Shown here: positions 11,340 to 20,714 of the stretch, one piece after another
Position numbering within the stretch: the first letter of the stretch is position 1
Layout: each line of letters begins with the position of its first letter
NCBI GenBank assembly: GCA_019358915.1
Contig: JAHHIM010000020.1
Span: 1 to 64,000 of the forward strand
Length of the DNA: 64,000 nt
Reading direction: 5' to 3'
Origin: Trichormus sp. ATA11-4-KO1
GTDB taxonomy: Bacteria; Cyanobacteriota; Cyanobacteriia; Cyanobacteriales; Nostocaceae
Position numbers and translations under genes: made by a program
Notes under the pieces: model-generated
The model's database searches: none
Seen by the model: only the letters and a program-made list of their open reading frames with translations
What the model was told of the DNA's origin: nothing

Positions 11340-14300
11340 TGAGTAATCAATTAAAAGGTATAGCTATTATTGGCATGGCAGGCCGCTTTCCGGGAGCCAA
11401 AAGCGTAAATGAGTTTTGGCAAAACTTGTGTAACGGAGTAGAGTCTATTTCCTACTTCAGTGATGAAGAATTATTAGCAGCCGGTGTAGACTCTGCTGAT
11501 TTGAGCGATCGCAACTACGTGAAAGCTGGGTTTGTGCTAGAAGATATCGAAATGTTTGACGCAGCATTTTTTGGCTTTTCTCCTAGAGAAGCTGAACTGC
11601 TTGATCCTCAGCAGCGAGTTTTTTTGGAGTGTGCTTGGGAAGCACTGGAAAATGCTGGTTATAACCCGAAAGCAGATAATAACTTAACTGGTTTATATGC
11701 AGGGGGAAACTTAAGTACTTATTTGTTCTATAATCTGGCTTCACACCCTGACCTATTGAAATCGCTACATCTGCCAATTACCCTGGGTAATGACAAAGAC
11801 TTTATTCCTACACGAGTTTCCTACAAATTGAATTTGAAAGGGCCGAGTGTCAATGTTGGTACAGCTTGTTCTACTTCATTAGTAGCTGTTCATCTAGCGT
11901 GTCGGGGTTTATTAAGCTATCAATGCGATATGGCGTTGGCTGGTGGTGTTGCGATTCAAGTTCCCCAAGTAGCAGGTTACTTATACCAATCTGGTGGTAT
12001 GGCTTCTGCTGACGCTCATACTCGTACCTTTGATGCTAAAGCTACTGGTGGACCTTTTGGTAGAGGTGCAGGTGTTGTTGTACTCAAGAGATTAGAAGAT
12101 GCCGTAGCTGATGGTGATTATATTTATGGAGTGATCAAAGGTTCAGCCATTAATAACGATGGTGCCATGAAAGTCAGCTATACAGCACCAAGTGTAAATG
12201 GACAAGCAGAAGTTATCGCTGAAGCTCAAGCGATCGCCTCTTTTGCTCCTGAGACAATTACTTATATTGAAACTCATGGGACAGCTACAGCCCTTGGCGA
12301 TCCGATTGAAATTCGGGCATTAGAAAAGGTATTTCGTGCGGGAACTCATAAAAAGAATTTTTGTGCCATTGGTTCAGTCAAAACCAATATCAGTCATTTG
12401 AATACCGCAGCTGGAGTTGCAAGTTTAATTAAAACTGCCTTGGCTTTAAAACATCAACAAATACCCCCCAGCTTGTATTTTGAAGAACCATCACCTGAGA
12501 TAGACTTTGCCAACAGTCCTTTTTTCGTTAATACTCAACTGTCTGCATGGCCAAAAAACAATACACCCCGTCGCGCTGGGGTGAGTTCTTTTGGTCTGGG
12601 GGGGACTAATGCTCATGTTGTATTAGAAGAAGCTCCTGATGTAGAGCAGGGTAGCAGGGAAGCAGAGGAGCAGGGGAGAAACTATCAGCTGTTAGTACTT
12701 TCTGCCAAAACGAATTCTGCATTAGAGACTGCAACTGCAAATTTAGTTAATCATCTGCAACAGCATCCCGAACTCAACCTTGCTGATGTAGCTTATACAT
12801 TACAAGTTGGTCGTCATCCTTTTAACCATCGGCGCACAGTTGTTTGCCAAGATATTCCAGATGCTATAGTTGCTCTCCAGAATCCCAAACGTGTTTTGAC
12901 CAGTACAGAAGAAACCAATGAACGCCCCGTAGCTTTCATGTTTACTGGTTTGGGAACACAGTACATCAATATGGCTGAGGAACTGTATCAAGTCGAGCCA
13001 ACTTTCCGTGAACATATTGATATTTGTTGTTCTTTGTTTCAACCTTTATTGGGTGTTGACCTGAAACAAGTTATTTATCCTACTTCTGAATCAGCACAGC
13101 AAGCGACAAAAGAAAACACAGGCATAGATTTACGCCAGATGTTGGGACGTAATACCCAACCAGCAGATCCCGCTACCCAAAAACTCAATCAAACTTCTCT
13201 CACTCAGCCAGCACTATTTACCATTGAATATGCTTTAGCTCAGTTGTGGATGTCCTGGGGTATGCGTCCAGTGGCGATGATTGGCTATAGTCTTGGTGAA
13301 TATGTGGCAGCGACATTGGCCGGGGTATTATCTCTCAAAGATGCGGTAACTTTAGTTGCTAAAAGAGCGCAAATGATTCAAGAGTTACCATCAGGAGCAA
13401 TGCTGGCGGTTCCTTTATCAGAAGAAGAAGTACAACCTTTTTTAAGTCCTCATCTTTCATTATCGGCAATTAACGGCGCATCGCAATGTGTGTTAGCGGG
13501 AACAATAGAGGCGGTAAGAGAATTAGAACAACAGCTTACAGCCAAGGGAGTAGCTTGTCGGCGATTGCAGACATCCCATGCTTTTCATTCTTTCATGATG
13601 CAAGCGATCGCTGATTCTTTCACCACACTGGTGCAAACTATTAATCTCCAACCACCACAAATTCCTTACCTGTCAAATGTTACCGGAATTTGGATTACAG
13701 CAGAGCAAGTCACAAATCCCGGCTACTGGACACAGCACATGTGCCAACCTGTGCGCTTTGCTGATGGCGTCAATCAGTTGTGGAAACAACACAATCCTGT
13801 TTTGTTAGAGATTGGGGCGGGACAAGCATTAAGCAGTTTAGCAATGCAATGTTTAGATAATGTTACTGATGATGACTTAGTAGTATTATCTTCGTTGCGT
13901 TACGCTTATGAGCAACAATCTGATGTTGCCTTTATCTTAAATACATTAGGGCAACTATGGCTGGCTGGGGCTAAAATAGATTGGTCAGGATTTCATACCC
14001 ATGAGCGCCGATATCGCTTACCTTTGCCAACATATCCCTTTGAGCGACAAAGATATTGGATTAAACCGCAAAAGTTATCTCCAGTACAGAGCAATTCCCA
14101 GCCCAAGTTAACAGCATCAGCACTTTGGCAATCTTTGATAGAGGCTGGTCAACTCCAAGCTAGCGTTGGTGCTGAGGAATTTAATGAGCAAGTTTATCAA
14201 GAGAAAAGAGAGTGGTTGGATCGTTTATGCGTTGCTTATATTAACCTTGCCTTAAGACGTTTAGGAGCTTTTAACAATCCCTCCAAAAAGTATTCTTTGC

Positions 14301-17206
14301 AAGAATTGTTTGAGCAATGTGAGATTATTCCTCGCTATCAAGAATTGTTGGGTCGATGGTTGGAAATATTGGTAGAGCAAGGTCAGTTACATCAAGAACA
14401 AGGGTTGTTTACTAACTTGCTGCCACTTTCATTAGAGGCTGTGAATGAGCTGTTAGCAGAAGTGAAAGCCAGATGGACAGATGCACCACAAGAAATCGAT
14501 TTACTGCAACTTTATGGCGAAAATATGGTGGCCATCTTAACTGGTGAAAAGGAACCCTTGGAATTTCATGTTTCTACTTTAGTTAAAGAGGGAGAATTTT
14601 CTATTCAAAGCTCGCCTTCGCATAATTACTACAACTCAATCATGCGGGCTTGTATAAAAAACATTGTGCAGTCATTATCACCAGAAGTGAAGCTCAGCGT
14701 TTTAGAAATTGGTGCGGGAACTGGTACTGCTACAGCCGAATTATTACCTATATTGCCGTCAGAACAAACTCATTACACCTTCACCGATGTAGGAGGTTTT
14801 TTCCTCAACGCTGCTCAAAAGAAATTTAGTGATTATCCATTTCTAGAATATCGATTGTTAGACATTGAGCGATCGCCACAAGAACAAGGATACGAAAATC
14901 ACAGTTTTGATATCATAGTGGCATTTAAGGTATTACACGTAGCTCGAAACATAGGAGAAACTCTGGAACGCGTCCGCTCTTTACTCGCGCCTAATGGCAT
15001 ACTTCTAATTTGGGAGACAACTGAAGCCACCTTGGAAACAGAGGTCATTGATGCCTTAATCATGAATCCCATAGAAGACCCAGAAAGCGATCGCAATATG
15101 GGTAATCCTTTTTTATCTCAGGAACAATGGCAAACAGAACTTAAATCTCACGGTTTTATACAAGTAACCGCTTTATCAGACTTCGCACCATTTACAGACC
15201 ATGTAATTGTCGCTCAAGCTTCTGCATCAGCTACGCATGAAGTCCCAGCAGCATTTACAGCGTTGCTTCATGAACCAGATGCAAGCAAGACAAATCAAGT
15301 ATCAATAGGTAAACAGCCTAACATTGCTAATTGGTTCTACATCCCTTCATGGAAACGTTCACTACCACCACAAACCAAAGCTCAAATTAAACAAGCAGAA
15401 AACTGGTTGGTATTTGTCGATGAGTATGGGTTGGGTACTCCAATTGTGAATCAGCTCGAACTGGAGGGTCATAATGTGATCACCCTCAGAGTTGGGCAGC
15501 AATTTAGTAGCAGAAATACGCATACATATACAATAAATCCTCGACAAAGAGAAGATTACAGCACTCTGCTGCAAGAACTGCACAATCAAGACTTCATCCC
15601 CAACAGAATTATTCATCTATGGAGTGTCACACAGTCAGAACTTGTAGACTGGAACACAACCCAAGAACAAGGATTCCAAAGTTTGTTGTTTTTGGTACAA
15701 GCGCTAGGAAAACAGAACTTTACCGATGAGTTACAACTTGCAGTCATCTCCAATAATATACAAGCAATCACTGGAGTAGAAACTATTTGTCCAGAAAAAG
15801 CGACTTTACTGGGATTAGTGAAAGTCATTCCCCAAGAATATGCAAATATTCAATGTCGCAGTATTGATGTAACTATTCCCTCACCAGGAAATTGGCAAGA
15901 AGAGAAATTTATCAATCAACTGCTGAGAGAAATTCACGGTAATTCTTCTGACTCAATAATTGCTTACCGTGGTTGGGAACGTTGGGTACAAACCTTTGAG
16001 TCTGTGCAATTAGCAGCAAACATTCCTGATACACCCCAGTTAAGAGAAAAAGGAATCTACTTAATTACTGGTGGACTTGAAGACATAGGACTTGTAGTAG
16101 CCGAACATCTAGCCAAGACAGTACAGGCAAAACTGCTGATTTTAGAAGCTGAAGATTTTCCCCATTATCAAGAGTGGGAACAATGGCTGACAACTCACGA
16201 TCAGCAAGATAACATCAGCTGCAAGATTCTCAAAGCGCAGGAACTAGAAAAGCTGGGTGCAGAAGTCTTAATTAAAAACGTTGATTTAGTGAATTTAGCA
16301 CAAATGCAAAGTGCTATTTTTCAAACCCAAGAACAGTTTGGTCAACTCAATGGAGTATTCCACACAGCTAAAATGCCTGTAGAGAAGTTATTCACTCCTA
16401 TTGCAGAGATAGACCCAACAAAGTGCGAACAGCAATTTCAACAAAAGAGGCAAGAACTCTTAGTATTAGAAGAGATTTTGCAGTTTCAAAAACTTGACTT
16501 TTGTTTATTAATGTCTTCATTAACCTCTGTTTTAGGAGGATTAGGCTCTGTTAGCTACTCAGCAACTAGTCTTTTGATGGATACTTTTGCTTACCAGCAT
16601 AATCAGAAAAATCCTGTAACTTGGATGAGTATTAACTGGGATGCATGGCAATTGGAAACAGACAATCAAGAAATATTTGCTAGTACAAGCTTGGCAGAAT
16701 TCGCCATCCAGCCCCAAGAAGTTATTAAAGCTCTTGAAAGTATTCTTTTATGGAGCCAATATCATCAAATAGTTGTTTCGACTGGTAATTTACAATCTAG
16801 AATTGACCAATGGATTAGGCTAGAATCTTCACAAGAAAAAAGAACTACCCAACAAAATAATTTATCTTCTCGTCACTCAAGACCGAATTTAAAAAATGCT
16901 TATGTTACTCCTAGTAACGATGTAGAGCACAAGCTGGCTAATATTTTTCAAGAGTTATTAGGTATTGAGCCAATCGGGATTCATGATAACTTCTTTGCAT
17001 TAGGTGGTGACTCACTCACAGGAACTGTACTTATCTCTCAGGTTCGCAAACATTTCCAGGTAGAATTACCTGTGCGTTCTCTCTTTGAAGCGCCTACTGT
17101 ATCTGAGTTAGCTTTGGTAATTGAAGAAATTATTATAGAAGAAATAGAACAATTATCTTTCAATGCGGAAACAGATAAAACTTTTGATATGCAGTTGTCA
17201 AATTAG
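11336..17206 (+). CDS. Type I PKS module: KS-AT-MT-KR(degenerate)-ACP
   Basis: KS TACSTS/HGTAT/NISH; AT GYSLG and HAFHS; SAM-binding LEIGAGTG with VLH; KR cofactor motif reads GGLEDIG; ACP GGDSL. Confidence 0.9.
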   Translation: MMSNQLKGIAIIGMAGRFPGAKSVNEFWQNLCNGVESISYFSDEELLAAGVDSADLSDRNYVKAGFVLEDIEMFDAAFFGFSPREAELLDPQQRVFLECAWEALENAGYNPKADNNLTGLYAGGNLSTYLFYNLASHPDLLKSLHLPITLGNDKDFIPTRVSYKLNLKGPSVNVGTACSTSLVAVHLACRGLLSYQCDMALAGGVAIQVPQVAGYLYQSGGMASADAHTRTFDAKATGGPFGRGAGVVVLKRLEDAVADGDYIYGVIKGSAINNDGAMKVSYTAPSVNGQAEVIAEAQAIASFAPETITYIETHGTATALGDPIEIRALEKVFRAGTHKKNFCAIGSVKTNISHLNTAAGVASLIKTALALKHQQIPPSLYFEEPSPEIDFANSPFFVNTQLSAWPKNNTPRRAGVSSFGLGGTNAHVVLEEAPDVEQGSREAEEQGRNYQLLVLSAKTNSALETATANLVNHLQQHPELNLADVAYTLQVGRHPFNHRRTVVCQDIPDAIVALQNPKRVLTSTEETNERPVAFMFTGLGTQYINMAEELYQVEPTFREHIDICCSLFQPLLGVDLKQVIYPTSESAQQATKENTGIDLRQMLGRNTQPADPATQKLNQTSLTQPALFTIEYALAQLWMSWGMRPVAMIGYSLGEYVAATLAGVLSLKDAVTLVAKRAQMIQELPSGAMLAVPLSEEEVQPFLSPHLSLSAINGASQCVLAGTIEAVRELEQQLTAKGVACRRLQTSHAFHSFMMQAIADSFTTLVQTINLQPPQIPYLSNVTGIWITAEQVTNPGYWTQHMCQPVRFADGVNQLWKQHNPVLLEIGAGQALSSLAMQCLDNVTDDDLVVLSSLRYAYEQQSDVAFILNTLGQLWLAGAKIDWSGFHTHERRYRLPLPTYPFERQRYWIKPQKLSPVQSNSQPKLTASALWQSLIEAGQLQASVGAEEFNEQVYQEKREWLDRLCVAYINLALRRLGAFNNPSKKYSLQELFEQCEIIPRYQELLGRWLEILVEQGQLHQEQGLFTNLLPLSLEAVNELLAEVKARWTDAPQEIDLLQLYGENMVAILTGEKEPLEFHVSTLVKEGEFSIQSSPSHNYYNSIMRACIKNIVQSLSPEVKLSVLEIGAGTGTATAELLPILPSEQTHYTFTDVGGFFLNAAQKKFSDYPFLEYRLLDIERSPQEQGYENHSFDIIVAFKVLHVARNIGETLERVRSLLAPNGILLIWETTEATLETEVIDALIMNPIEDPESDRNMGNPFLSQEQWQTELKSHGFIQVTALSDFAPFTDHVIVAQASASATHEVPAAFTALLHEPDASKTNQVSIGKQPNIANWFYIPSWKRSLPPQTKAQIKQAENWLVFVDEYGLGTPIVNQLELEGHNVITLRVGQQFSSRNTHTYTINPRQREDYSTLLQELHNQDFIPNRIIHLWSVTQSELVDWNTTQEQGFQSLLFLVQALGKQNFTDELQLAVISNNIQAITGVETICPEKATLLGLVKVIPQEYANIQCRSIDVTIPSPGNWQEEKFINQLLREIHGNSSDSIIAYRGWERWVQTFESVQLAANIPDTPQLREKGIYLITGGLEDIGLVVAEHLAKTVQAKLLILEAEDFPHYQEWEQWLTTHDQQDNISCKILKAQELEKLGAEVLIKNVDLVNLAQMQSAIFQTQEQFGQLNGVFHTAKMPVEKLFTPIAEIDPTKCEQQFQQKRQELLVLEEILQFQKLDFCLLMSSLTSVLGGLGSVSYSATSLLMDTFAYQHNQKNPVTWMSINWDAWQLETDNQEIFASTSLAEFAIQPQEVIKALESILLWSQYHQIVVSTGNLQSRIDQWIRLESSQEKRTTQQNNLSSRHSRPNLKNAYVTPSNDVEHKLANIFQELLGIEPIGIHDNFFALGGDSLTGTVLISQVRKHFQVELPVRSLFEAPTVSELALVIEEIIIEEIEQLSFNAETDKTFDMQLSN
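12644..12675 (+). repeat. Octamer tandem repeat (GAGCAGGG-like)x4 within the KS-AT linker
   Basis: gagcaggg tagcaggg aagcagag gagcaggg, translated as EQGSREAEEQG. Confidence 0.65.
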
Positions 17207-17226
17207 GTTAGTTCAGGATAAAAATC

Positions 17227-18090
17227 ATGAAAATTCAAGTTGTAGGTGTAGTTGGAGCAGGTGTGATGGGAATTGGGTTAGCCCAAAATCTCGCCCAAAC
17301 TGGTCATCAAGTAATTCTAGTAGATATTTCCGCAGAAATTTTGGAACGTGCCCAGGCACAAATCAAAAAAAACATTCGTTTTCAAGGGTTTTTCAATAAA
17401 AATGAAAAATTAGAAAATCCAGAAGATATTCTACATAAAATCAAGTTTTCTCAAAATTATAATTTTTTTGAAAAAGCTGAATTTGTGATTGAAAATGTTA
17501 CGGAAAAGTGGGATCTTAAGAAAGAAATATATCCACAGCTTGATGCCATCTGTCCCGATAACACCGTATTTGCAGCCAATACTTCTGCTATTTCCATTAC
17601 TCGTATTGCTTCAGTCACTAAACGTGCTGACAAAGTTATTGGAATGCACTTCATGAACCCAGTGCCAATGAAGCCGATAGTGGAAATGATTCGCGGGTAT
17701 CATACATCTGATGAAACAATTTCAACAGCAAAAGAATTATTATCACAGATGGGTAAAGAAGGCATTCTCGTCAACGATTCTCCTGGTTTTGTTTCCAATC
17801 GAGTTCTCATGTTGACGATAAATGAAGCCATTTTTTTACTACAAGACCAAGTTGCTTCAGTGGAAGAAGTGGATAGAATTTTCAAAACTTGTTTTGGTCA
17901 CAAGATGGGACCTTTGGAAACTGCCGACTTAATTGGATTAGATACAATTCTTTTCTCCATAGAAGTTTTGTATGAAAGTTTCAATGATAGTAAATATAGA
18001 CCTTGCCCAATGCTAAAAAAAATGGTAGATGCAGGATTGCATGGTCGTAAAACTGGACAAGGTTTCTATGCTTATAGCGAAGCAATTTGA
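17227..18090 (+). CDS. 3-hydroxyacyl-CoA dehydrogenase family (FkbK/ZmaG-like glyceryl-ACP dehydrogenase)
   Basis: GAGVMG Rossmann motif, GMHFMNP, PGFVSNR, MGPLETADLIGLD. Clustered with ACP, ACAD and FkbH. Confidence 0.88.
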   Translation: MKIQVVGVVGAGVMGIGLAQNLAQTGHQVILVDISAEILERAQAQIKKNIRFQGFFNKNEKLENPEDILHKIKFSQNYNFFEKAEFVIENVTEKWDLKKEIYPQLDAICPDNTVFAANTSAISITRIASVTKRADKVIGMHFMNPVPMKPIVEMIRGYHTSDETISTAKELLSQMGKEGILVNDSPGFVSNRVLMLTINEAIFLLQDQVASVEEVDRIFKTCFGHKMGPLETADLIGLDTILFSIEVLYESFNDSKYRPCPMLKKMVDAGLHGRKTGQGFYAYSEAI

Positions 18091-18137
18091 AGTCAAAAAG
18101 TCAAATATAATTGTATTAAAAATAAGTGAATTAAATA

Positions 18138-18389
18138 ATGTCAGAAATTCCTGCAAAGATTAAAGAATTCCTATCCCGTTTTTTTCGTAATCATGACTTA
18201 CAGCTAGATGAGGATATCTTCGCTCTTGGTTTTGTCAACTCTATGTTTGCTATGCAACTTGTCTTATTTATTGAACAAGAATTTCAGATTACTATTGAAA
18301 ACGAAGACTTAGATTTTGCCAACTTTAAAACAATCAATGCTATGACTTGTCTGATAGAAAGCAAAATAAATTTAGTTCCGCAAACATAA
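18138..18389 (+). CDS. Stand-alone acyl carrier protein (FkbJ/ZmaD-like)
   Basis: 83 aa acidic protein; GFVNSMFAMQLV with the phosphopantetheine Ser. Confidence 0.88.
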   Translation: MSEIPAKIKEFLSRFFRNHDLQLDEDIFALGFVNSMFAMQLVLFIEQEFQITIENEDLDFANFKTINAMTCLIESKINLVPQT

Positions 18390-18430
18390 GTTTTTGACAT
18401 TTGTAAAACTTTTTATATGGAAGTCAAAAC

Positions 18431-19612
18431 ATGAAAATTGAGTTGACTGCTCAACAAAAAGACGCTCAAGCTGAATTTAGAGCTTTCGTCAACGCAGAAA
18501 TTTTTCCATACGCCAATCAATACGACCAAGCAGAATATACTCCGCCCCAACTCATTGAAAAATTTGCTGAACAAGGATATTTGGGTGCTATATTACCCAA
18601 GAAATTTGGTGGTAAAAGTATAGATATTATCACCTATGGTCTTCTCAATGAAGAAGTTGGACGGGGCTGTTCTTCGCTAAGAAGTTTACTCACCGTGCAT
18701 AGCATGGTTGCTTATGCTTTGTGTAAATGGGGTACTAAATCTCAAAAAGAATATTGGTTACCTAAATTAGCATTTGGTGAAGTAATAGCGGCTTTCGCCT
18801 TAAGTGAACCTAATGTGGGTAGTGATGCTAAAAGTATAGAAACCACGGCGACAGTTTCTGGTGATGCTTATATCTTAAATGGGCAGAAAAAGTGGATTAC
18901 CTACGGACAAATTGCGGATGTTTTTTTAGTATTTGCTCAATGTGCAGGTAAACCCTCCGCTTTTTTAGTAGAAAAAAATAGTCCTGGACTTGTCATCAAA
19001 CCTATTTCTGGGATGTTAGGCGTTAAAGCTTCCATGTTAGCCGAGCTACATTTTCAGGATTGTCGGATTCCCCAAGAAAATTTAGTAGGTAAGTTAGGTT
19101 TTGGTTTTGCTTATGTTGCTGCTTCTGCACTCTCTTATGGAAGATACAGTGTAGCATGGGGTGCCGTGGGAATTGCTCAAGCTTGTTTAGAAGCTTGCAT
19201 TCAATACACGAGTGAACGCCAACAGTTTGGTGTGTATCTCAAAGAACATCAATTGATTCGACAAATGATCACAGAAATGATAGCTAATGTGAAAGCTGCA
19301 CGATTACTGTGCTATCAAGCTGGCTATCTTAAAGAAATAGGCGATCGCACTTCGATAAGTGAGACTTCAATTGCTAAATATTTTGCCTCTACCACTGCAA
19401 CCAAAATCGCTAATGATGCTGTACAAATTCACGGAGCTAATGGTTGTACAAATGAATATTCTGTCGCTAGATATTTGCGAGATGCCAAAATTATGGAAAT
19501 CATCGAAGGTAGCACACAAATACAACAAATAACTATTGCTGATTACGGTTATCAAGAGTATATGTCACAATCTACTCCCACTATGCCTGAAAAATTATTG
19601 GCAAGGATGTGA
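18431..19612 (+). CDS. Acyl-CoA/ACP dehydrogenase (FkbI/ZmaE-like)
   Basis: FALSEPNVGSDA, LNGQKKWIT, QIHGANG, IIEGSTQIQ. Confidence 0.9.
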   Translation: MKIELTAQQKDAQAEFRAFVNAEIFPYANQYDQAEYTPPQLIEKFAEQGYLGAILPKKFGGKSIDIITYGLLNEEVGRGCSSLRSLLTVHSMVAYALCKWGTKSQKEYWLPKLAFGEVIAAFALSEPNVGSDAKSIETTATVSGDAYILNGQKKWITYGQIADVFLVFAQCAGKPSAFLVEKNSPGLVIKPISGMLGVKASMLAELHFQDCRIPQENLVGKLGFGFAYVAASALSYGRYSVAWGAVGIAQACLEACIQYTSERQQFGVYLKEHQLIRQMITEMIANVKAARLLCYQAGYLKEIGDRTSISETSIAKYFASTTATKIANDAVQIHGANGCTNEYSVARYLRDAKIMEIIEGSTQIQQITIADYGYQEYMSQSTPTMPEKLLARM

Positions 19613-19616
19613 AAAC

Positions 19617-20687
19617 ATGGTTAGTATTAAAGGTGAAGTTTTCAATCATCAACAAGCTGCGAAAACTTCTATTAAATGTGTAGTTTGGGATTTAGATAAC
19701 ACAGTCTGGGATGGCGTGTTGTTGGAAGATGACTGCGTTTCTTTACGAAATCAGGCAGTTGAGATTATCAAAACCTTGGATAGTCGCGGCATTTTACAAT
19801 CTATTGCCAGTAAAAATGATGCTGCCAAAGCAATGGCTAAACTCCAAGAGTTTGAATTACATGAATATTTTCTCTATCCCCAAATTAACTGGAATTCCAA
19901 ATCTAGTTCTATTCAGGAAATATCTCAGTCTCTTAATCTAGGAATTGATGCATTTGCCTTTATAGATGACCAATTATTTGAATTAGAAGAAGTTAACTTT
20001 TCATTACCTGAAGTGCTATGTATTGATGCAGCGAAATTAACAAATTTACTAGATATGCCAGAAATGAATCCTCGTTTTATTACGGAAGATTCAAAACAAA
20101 GGCGATTAATGTATATTAGTGATATAGTTAGAAATAATTCCGAAAAAAGTTTTGTTGGTACTCAAGAGGAATTTTTAGCTACACTCAATATGACTTTTAC
20201 AATCTCTTCTGCCCAGGAAGATGATTTACAAAGAGCCGAAGAATTAACAGTCAGAACCAATCAATTGAATACAACAGGTCATACGTATTCCTATGATGAA
20301 CTAAATTATTTTCGGCAATCAGATCAGCATAAATTGTTAATTGCCAGTTTGGAGGATAAGTACGGTAGCTACGGCAAAATTGGATTAGTTCTTGTGGAAT
20401 GCCAAGAGTTGGTATGGACTATAAAACTTTTGCTAATGTCTTGTCGTGTGATGTCTAGAGGTATCGGCACAATTATGCTGAACTATATGATGGCATTGGC
20501 TAAAAATAACAATGTTCGTCTGCGTTCTGAGTTCGTTGCTAACGATCGCAATAGAATGATGTATGTGTCTTACAAGTTTGCTGGATTCCAGGAAATCGCC
20601 AAGCACGGAGATTTGCAAATTTTAGAAAATGACCTCACACGCATTCAACCCTTTCCCGAATATGTAAACGTCAAAATTCTCAATTAG
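19617..20687 (+). CDS. FkbH-like HAD-IIIC glyceryl transferase/phosphatase
   Basis: WDLDNT (DxDxT), RTNQLN, LMSCRVMSRG. ATG 19617 is preferred over the TTG at 19536, which overlaps the upstream gene. Confidence 0.9.
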   Translation: MVSIKGEVFNHQQAAKTSIKCVVWDLDNTVWDGVLLEDDCVSLRNQAVEIIKTLDSRGILQSIASKNDAAKAMAKLQEFELHEYFLYPQINWNSKSSSIQEISQSLNLGIDAFAFIDDQLFELEEVNFSLPEVLCIDAAKLTNLLDMPEMNPRFITEDSKQRRLMYISDIVRNNSEKSFVGTQEEFLATLNMTFTISSAQEDDLQRAEELTVRTNQLNTTGHTYSYDELNYFRQSDQHKLLIASLEDKYGSYGKIGLVLVECQELVWTIKLLLMSCRVMSRGIGTIMLNYMMALAKNNNVRLRSEFVANDRNRMMYVSYKFAGFQEIAKHGDLQILENDLTRIQPFPEYVNVKILN

Positions 20688-20714
20688 AAGTGCTTGTAGC
20701 TTGATAGGGGCATT

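Noticed and set aside
17227..19612. Fatty-acid beta-oxidation genes
   Set aside because: Context with a dedicated ACP and FkbH indicates extender-unit synthesis; no thiolase or hydratase is present.
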